Part shown: positions 50,817-54,671 of the stretch, one piece after another | How positions within the stretch are numbered: the stretch's first letter is position 1 | Layout: every line of letters begins with the position of its first letter | Source: Pelomyxa schiedti | Taxonomy: Eukaryota > Protista > Evosea | DNA length: 54,671 nucleotides | Assembly (NCBI GenBank): GCA_020536535.1 | Contig: JAHLWZ010000731.1 | Coordinates: forward strand, 1 to 54,671 | Reading direction: 5' to 3' | Program-made: the position numbers and the translations under genes | The notes under the pieces: generated by a model | What the model saw: the letters and a program-made list of their open reading frames with translations, nothing else | Databases searched by the model: none | Told to the model about the DNA's origin: nothing

Positions 50817-51950
50817 ATGAACGTTGGTGCCGCCGAGAGGGCGCCCTCGCTCGAAGACCCAACGTACGCCAGCAGTCAATTCATCGCGCTTGCCGCCGGG
50901 ATCATTGTGGGACGCTGCGGCTGCAGCAGCCCGGCGTCGTCCCTCGCGCCGTCGTCGCTGTCGACCATCGGCCGCGAGTGGGTCGTGTTCCCCGCCAGGG
51001 TCGTCGTGGTCGGCCTGTTGTGTCCTGAGAACAACCAGCGCAAGTACGTCAAGATCGTGGTGTCGCCGACGCTGGGCCTCGTGGGCGATCCCACAATTCT
51101 CTCGTTCGGGGGCACCAAAGTGGGCCGTTTCTGTGGGTGGCTTGGGCCTCGGTCTCTCACCGGTGAGAGGTTGGTCCTGACAATCGACTCTGAGTTCAAG
51201 GATTTGGCAGTGATTGACACCAGTCGGTCCACCGTTTGGGATTATGTGAAGCATATTCTTATTCTCCCGATAAGCATGCTTGGAACTTGGAACAGCAACA
51301 GGAGGTGGCTGGCAGTAACTGAAAATGGCTCTCAGACCACTCTGTCACTGTGGAACTTTGAGCGTGGGATTGCCACTGGAATTGAGGGTGTGGTTCTGCC
51401 CCGTAGGGTGGCCAGGACGGCACTTTGGGGTGACAGTTCACTGGTTGTGTCACAGCAGGAGGGAGGGGTCCTGGTCATTGACCTGGAGGCCACATTGGCG
51501 CATAAAAGGCTGGTTGGCACCCCCCTGACATTTTCTGTCCTCAGTGGGAATACACTCATAGACCATATTGTGAGTTGGCAGGGAGTCGACTACGCCCTGC
51601 TCTCTGTAAATGCAGTTTTGTGCCTGGGCAATGGCCAGGTGATGCCATGGCGATGGTGCGGAGAGAATGGAGGAATCGCGCACACAATTGGTGGGCCGTA
51701 TGCAGCAAAGTGGATATCCAGTGGGGAAGGGCTCACACTCGTGGTGTACAGTGTGCTTGAACCCACAACCATGTGCTGTGTACACAGGGCACAGATGGGA
51801 AGGGAAAGAGTATATTGTGGCCACGAAATGGTTTTGCTGGAGGAGGTTGTTGACCAAGGCCCAAGCACAATCAAAGTCATCGATGCTGTGTCTGGCTTCC
51901 TTGTGTGCAAAATGATTGTCCAGGGTGGTGCTGTGACTGAGGTTTCCTAA
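50817..51950 (+). CDS. Lineage-specific 'QFxAL...DAVSG' family protein
   Basis: YASSQFIALAAGIIVGRCGCSSPAS, SNRRW, IGGPY, IKVIDAVSGF. Confidence 0.85.
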   Translation: MNVGAAERAPSLEDPTYASSQFIALAAGIIVGRCGCSSPASSLAPSSLSTIGREWVVFPARVVVVGLLCPENNQRKYVKIVVSPTLGLVGDPTILSFGGTKVGRFCGWLGPRSLTGERLVLTIDSEFKDLAVIDTSRSTVWDYVKHILILPISMLGTWNSNRRWLAVTENGSQTTLSLWNFERGIATGIEGVVLPRRVARTALWGDSSLVVSQQEGGVLVIDLEATLAHKRLVGTPLTFSVLSGNTLIDHIVSWQGVDYALLSVNAVLCLGNGQVMPWRWCGENGGIAHTIGGPYAAKWISSGEGLTLVVYSVLEPTTMCCVHRAQMGRERVYCGHEMVLLEEVVDQGPSTIKVIDAVSGFLVCKMIVQGGAVTEVS

Positions 51951-52578
51951 TGAATCTCACTGCTTCTGGGAAACACAATTGTGTCTGGCTTCCTTGTGTG
52001 GACCCTAGAACTAACAACAACCCCAAGAAAAAAAATATCCTCACACAATGCTTTTGAAGGTCCTTCCACCCTGAATTCACCCAAGCCCACGGAATATTTG
52101 CCGAGATTTTCGCGTCCGAGGGAGGCAGGGGCCAAGTTCCGAGGGCAGTGAGAACCAGAGGTACTTCACCCTCCAGGCCTGGACATGGTCGCCAAACGCC
52201 GCAATGGCTTTCTCCCTGGCTCTGCGTACGAGGCCCCCTCCGGTCCCACTCGCTCTGCCAAGCCTCGAAGGTCTGTCGCGGCCGGGCTTCCCCCTTTTCT
52301 TTCGTGGATTGGTTCCAAATTTTTGATGTGATCATTGTATAACTTCGTGGGTCAATCCTGCCTTGTCATCCCTAAAAATTTCTGTGGAGCTGAATTGGCA
52401 GTGGGCACACAAACAAAAAATAGTTCTCTTCGCCAATTCCCAAGGACACAGACTCTTTGATTTCGGTGAACCATCAGAAGAGAAATTTGATGAAAATGGG
52501 GTCTGGGACGCTCTTGCTACCGGTTACGTAACCCCTCTCCTCACCAAAAACTGGAGGACAAAAACCAACAAACCATTC

Positions 52579-54153
52579 ATGTCACACACGCCCACACCAA
52601 TGGACCCCAAGGCGCCACGCCACGACCAACCCAAGGGCCCAGTACCCGACACAGCAGCGGCCGCCAAGCCCAGCCACGGCGGGGGAGACCAGCCAGGAAG
52701 CCCAGGGAACAAGGGGGCCGTAGGGGCACACGAGCACGACCGCGGCCACGGGCATGGGAGGATGCACGGGCACGGGCACGGGCACGGGCACTGGCACAGG
52801 GAGGAGCGGGCCGAGATGATGGGGCAGCAGCACGGCGAAGGGCGGGGGCGGGGGCACTTGGTCGTCCTCCTCCTCCTCGTCGTCGTCGTCATCGTCTGGG
52901 TCCGAGTCGGAGGGGGACGGGGACGAGGAGAGCGAGGGGACGAGGGAGAAGGTGAGGAGGCTGGGGGGGAACATCGAGTGCCTCAAGAGGGGGGGTCATT
53001 TCCACACCGACGCCGCCAGGGTGTTTAGGATGGCTGAGAAGGAAAGGGGCCATATCCCCGCTCCTGGTTTCCGTATCTTTACTCTCCCTTGCCCCCCCCA
53101 CATCTCCCTATTTAGCTTATTTTCATTTTGATTGTTTTCTCTACGGAATTGTCTATTGCTCATTACTTTAATTTTTGAGTACTTTACCTGGATACAACTA
53201 ACAACATGTCAGCATATACATGTCCAAATGGCAGAGGTCTGAAAATAACTGAGCATTTTCAAGCGAAATTATTTGGATGGTGCCTTCTATCGTTCCGCAT
53301 TGTTCCCAAGAAGGAGTCTGACGTGCAACACTTTCTCTCTGGCTTTCTCCAAGTATGGCTTGCCGATCAGGGCTATAATCGTAAAACATGCACCGTATGT
53401 ATTGAAAACCATTGTCGCGAAAAACTTTCTAACAAACCCTCAAAGGGATGGCGTTGGACAGATATAAATGTGAAGCATGTCATGGTATCAGGTGATGGCT
53501 ATATCAAAGGAATCGGCCGGGACCACGAGTCTATTGGTGAGGACGAAGTTCTTGAGCAAATGTGCAGCACTGGAAACTACAGGCGCCTAGACAGACCTCT
53601 TGTACACCGCGTGAAGGGCCTTGATTCCGGCCTTCTTATCAATTTGAAAGGACTACGCGGCCACGGCGGAGTCTCCATGCTTACACTCCATGATCAGAGG
53701 TTAGCCAAGATCCATCAGTTGTCCCACCCCGCTTCTCTTGTTCCTCCCTATGACCCATCGTCATGCACAACAACATCCACATCTTTCCCAGGATTCATTA
53801 CACTGGAGTCAACACTCCCTTCATTGTCCTCATCCTCACCAACAACACCGGCACCCTCAACCTCCTTGCCCTCCTCAACAGTACCACCCCTTACATCGGC
53901 ATCGACACCGGCACCCTCAGTAATAACCACCTCGGGGCCGCTGTCAGAGTCACAAGGCCACACTACTGTTGATGAACAACACAGGTCCACTCCTTCTGCC
54001 AAGTCCACAACCACATCACAAACCCCTGTAACCACTTCTGCTGCTAAGCCCACAACCACATCAAAGACCCCTGTGCCCACTTCCGTCCCTAGTTCTGCAC
54101 CAAAGCAAGCTCCCACTACAACAGCCCCATCCAATTCACATACACATACTTAG
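52579..54153 (+). CDS. Hypothetical protein (His/Gly-rich and acidic N-terminus, Thr/Ser/Pro tail), apparent 1-nt frameshift near 52858
   Basis: Exon 1 ends DAARVFRMAEKERGHIPAPGF|GT, like the next gene; ORF 53206-54153 follows. Confidence 0.55.
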
Positions 54154-54352
54154 CTTTACCCAGCCAAAAATTAACAGTTTCTTTTTTGATTTCTGTGCGT
54201 GTACTGACAGGGAGTTCGTACTGAAGCGAGATTAATCACTTTCACATTTCCAAACGGCACATCAAATTATTTGGTGGTGACGAATGCCACGTGACCGGTT
54301 GTGTTGTGGCGAAAACAAAAACAGGTAATGAACCCAAAGTGGAACAGAGTAG

Positions 54353-54671
54353 ATGGCCGCTGAGGGTGCCAAGTCCGTCGGAAAGTACGTCGTGGTAGTG
54401 GGTGACGACGACGATCCCACAATCCCGCCCGGCGAGGACAGCGACGGCGGTTATGGGACGGACGACGACGACGACTACGACGATGGCGTGGCGGAAGAAG
54501 AGGAGGACGACGACGAGAGGGCGGTGGCTAGGAAGGTGGACAGGTTGCTCGAGGACGTGGAGAGTATGCCTGACCCCGAAATCGCCAGCGACGCGGCGAG
54601 GGTGTTTGTTGCTGCCAAGAGGGAAGGGGGCCACATTCCAGTCCCTGGGTTCCGTATGTGGCTAGCTCTAT
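54353..54671 (+). CDS. 5' exon of a paralog of the preceding gene (partial)
   Basis: MAAEGAK...acidic tract...DAARVFVAAKREGGHIPVPGF|GTATGT. Confidence 0.6.
   Translation, partial: MAAEGAKSVGKYVVVVGDDDDPTIPPGEDSDGGYGTDDDDDYDDGVAEEEEDDDERAVARKVDRLLEDVESMPDPEIASDAARVFVAAKREGGHIPVPGFRMWLAL

Noticed and set aside
1-54671. CRISPR array, Fanzor/TnpB, tRNA or rRNA genes
   Set aside because: No repeat-spacer array, RuvC motif set or cloverleaf/rRNA signature recognised by eye; a tRNAscan/Rfam run would be needed to exclude them

Overview
Gene-dense eukaryotic (protist) genomic DNA with many short GT-AG introns (mostly about 40-80 nt) and two 100-N assembly gaps (4390-4489, 11644-11743). The expanded lineage-specific families look like those I associate with an archamoeba such as Pelomyxa; this is an inference, not a database result. 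The left part (1-27 kb) is accessory and turnover-rich. It holds a 5'-truncated CRE-clade non-LTR retrotransposon (RT + RLE) plus two fragments, an 807-bp TIR element that splits a gene, a duplicated ~180-nt highly structured element, pseudogenes, an inverted paralog pair, and a Ubl-Ubl-GG-ADP-ribosyltransferase gene whose second intron puts a stop codon directly after the di-Gly. The right part holds mostly recognisable genes: a CDC123-like ATP-grasp, YKT6, a Rac reading in frame into WD40 plus multi-TM domains, four tandem Rab-like genes with an inserted SOCS/F-box-like module, an HXXXD acyltransferase, DXO/Rai1, WASH1, pantothenate kinase and short-form RNase Z. Exon structures were inferred by hand, so gene boundaries are approximate.
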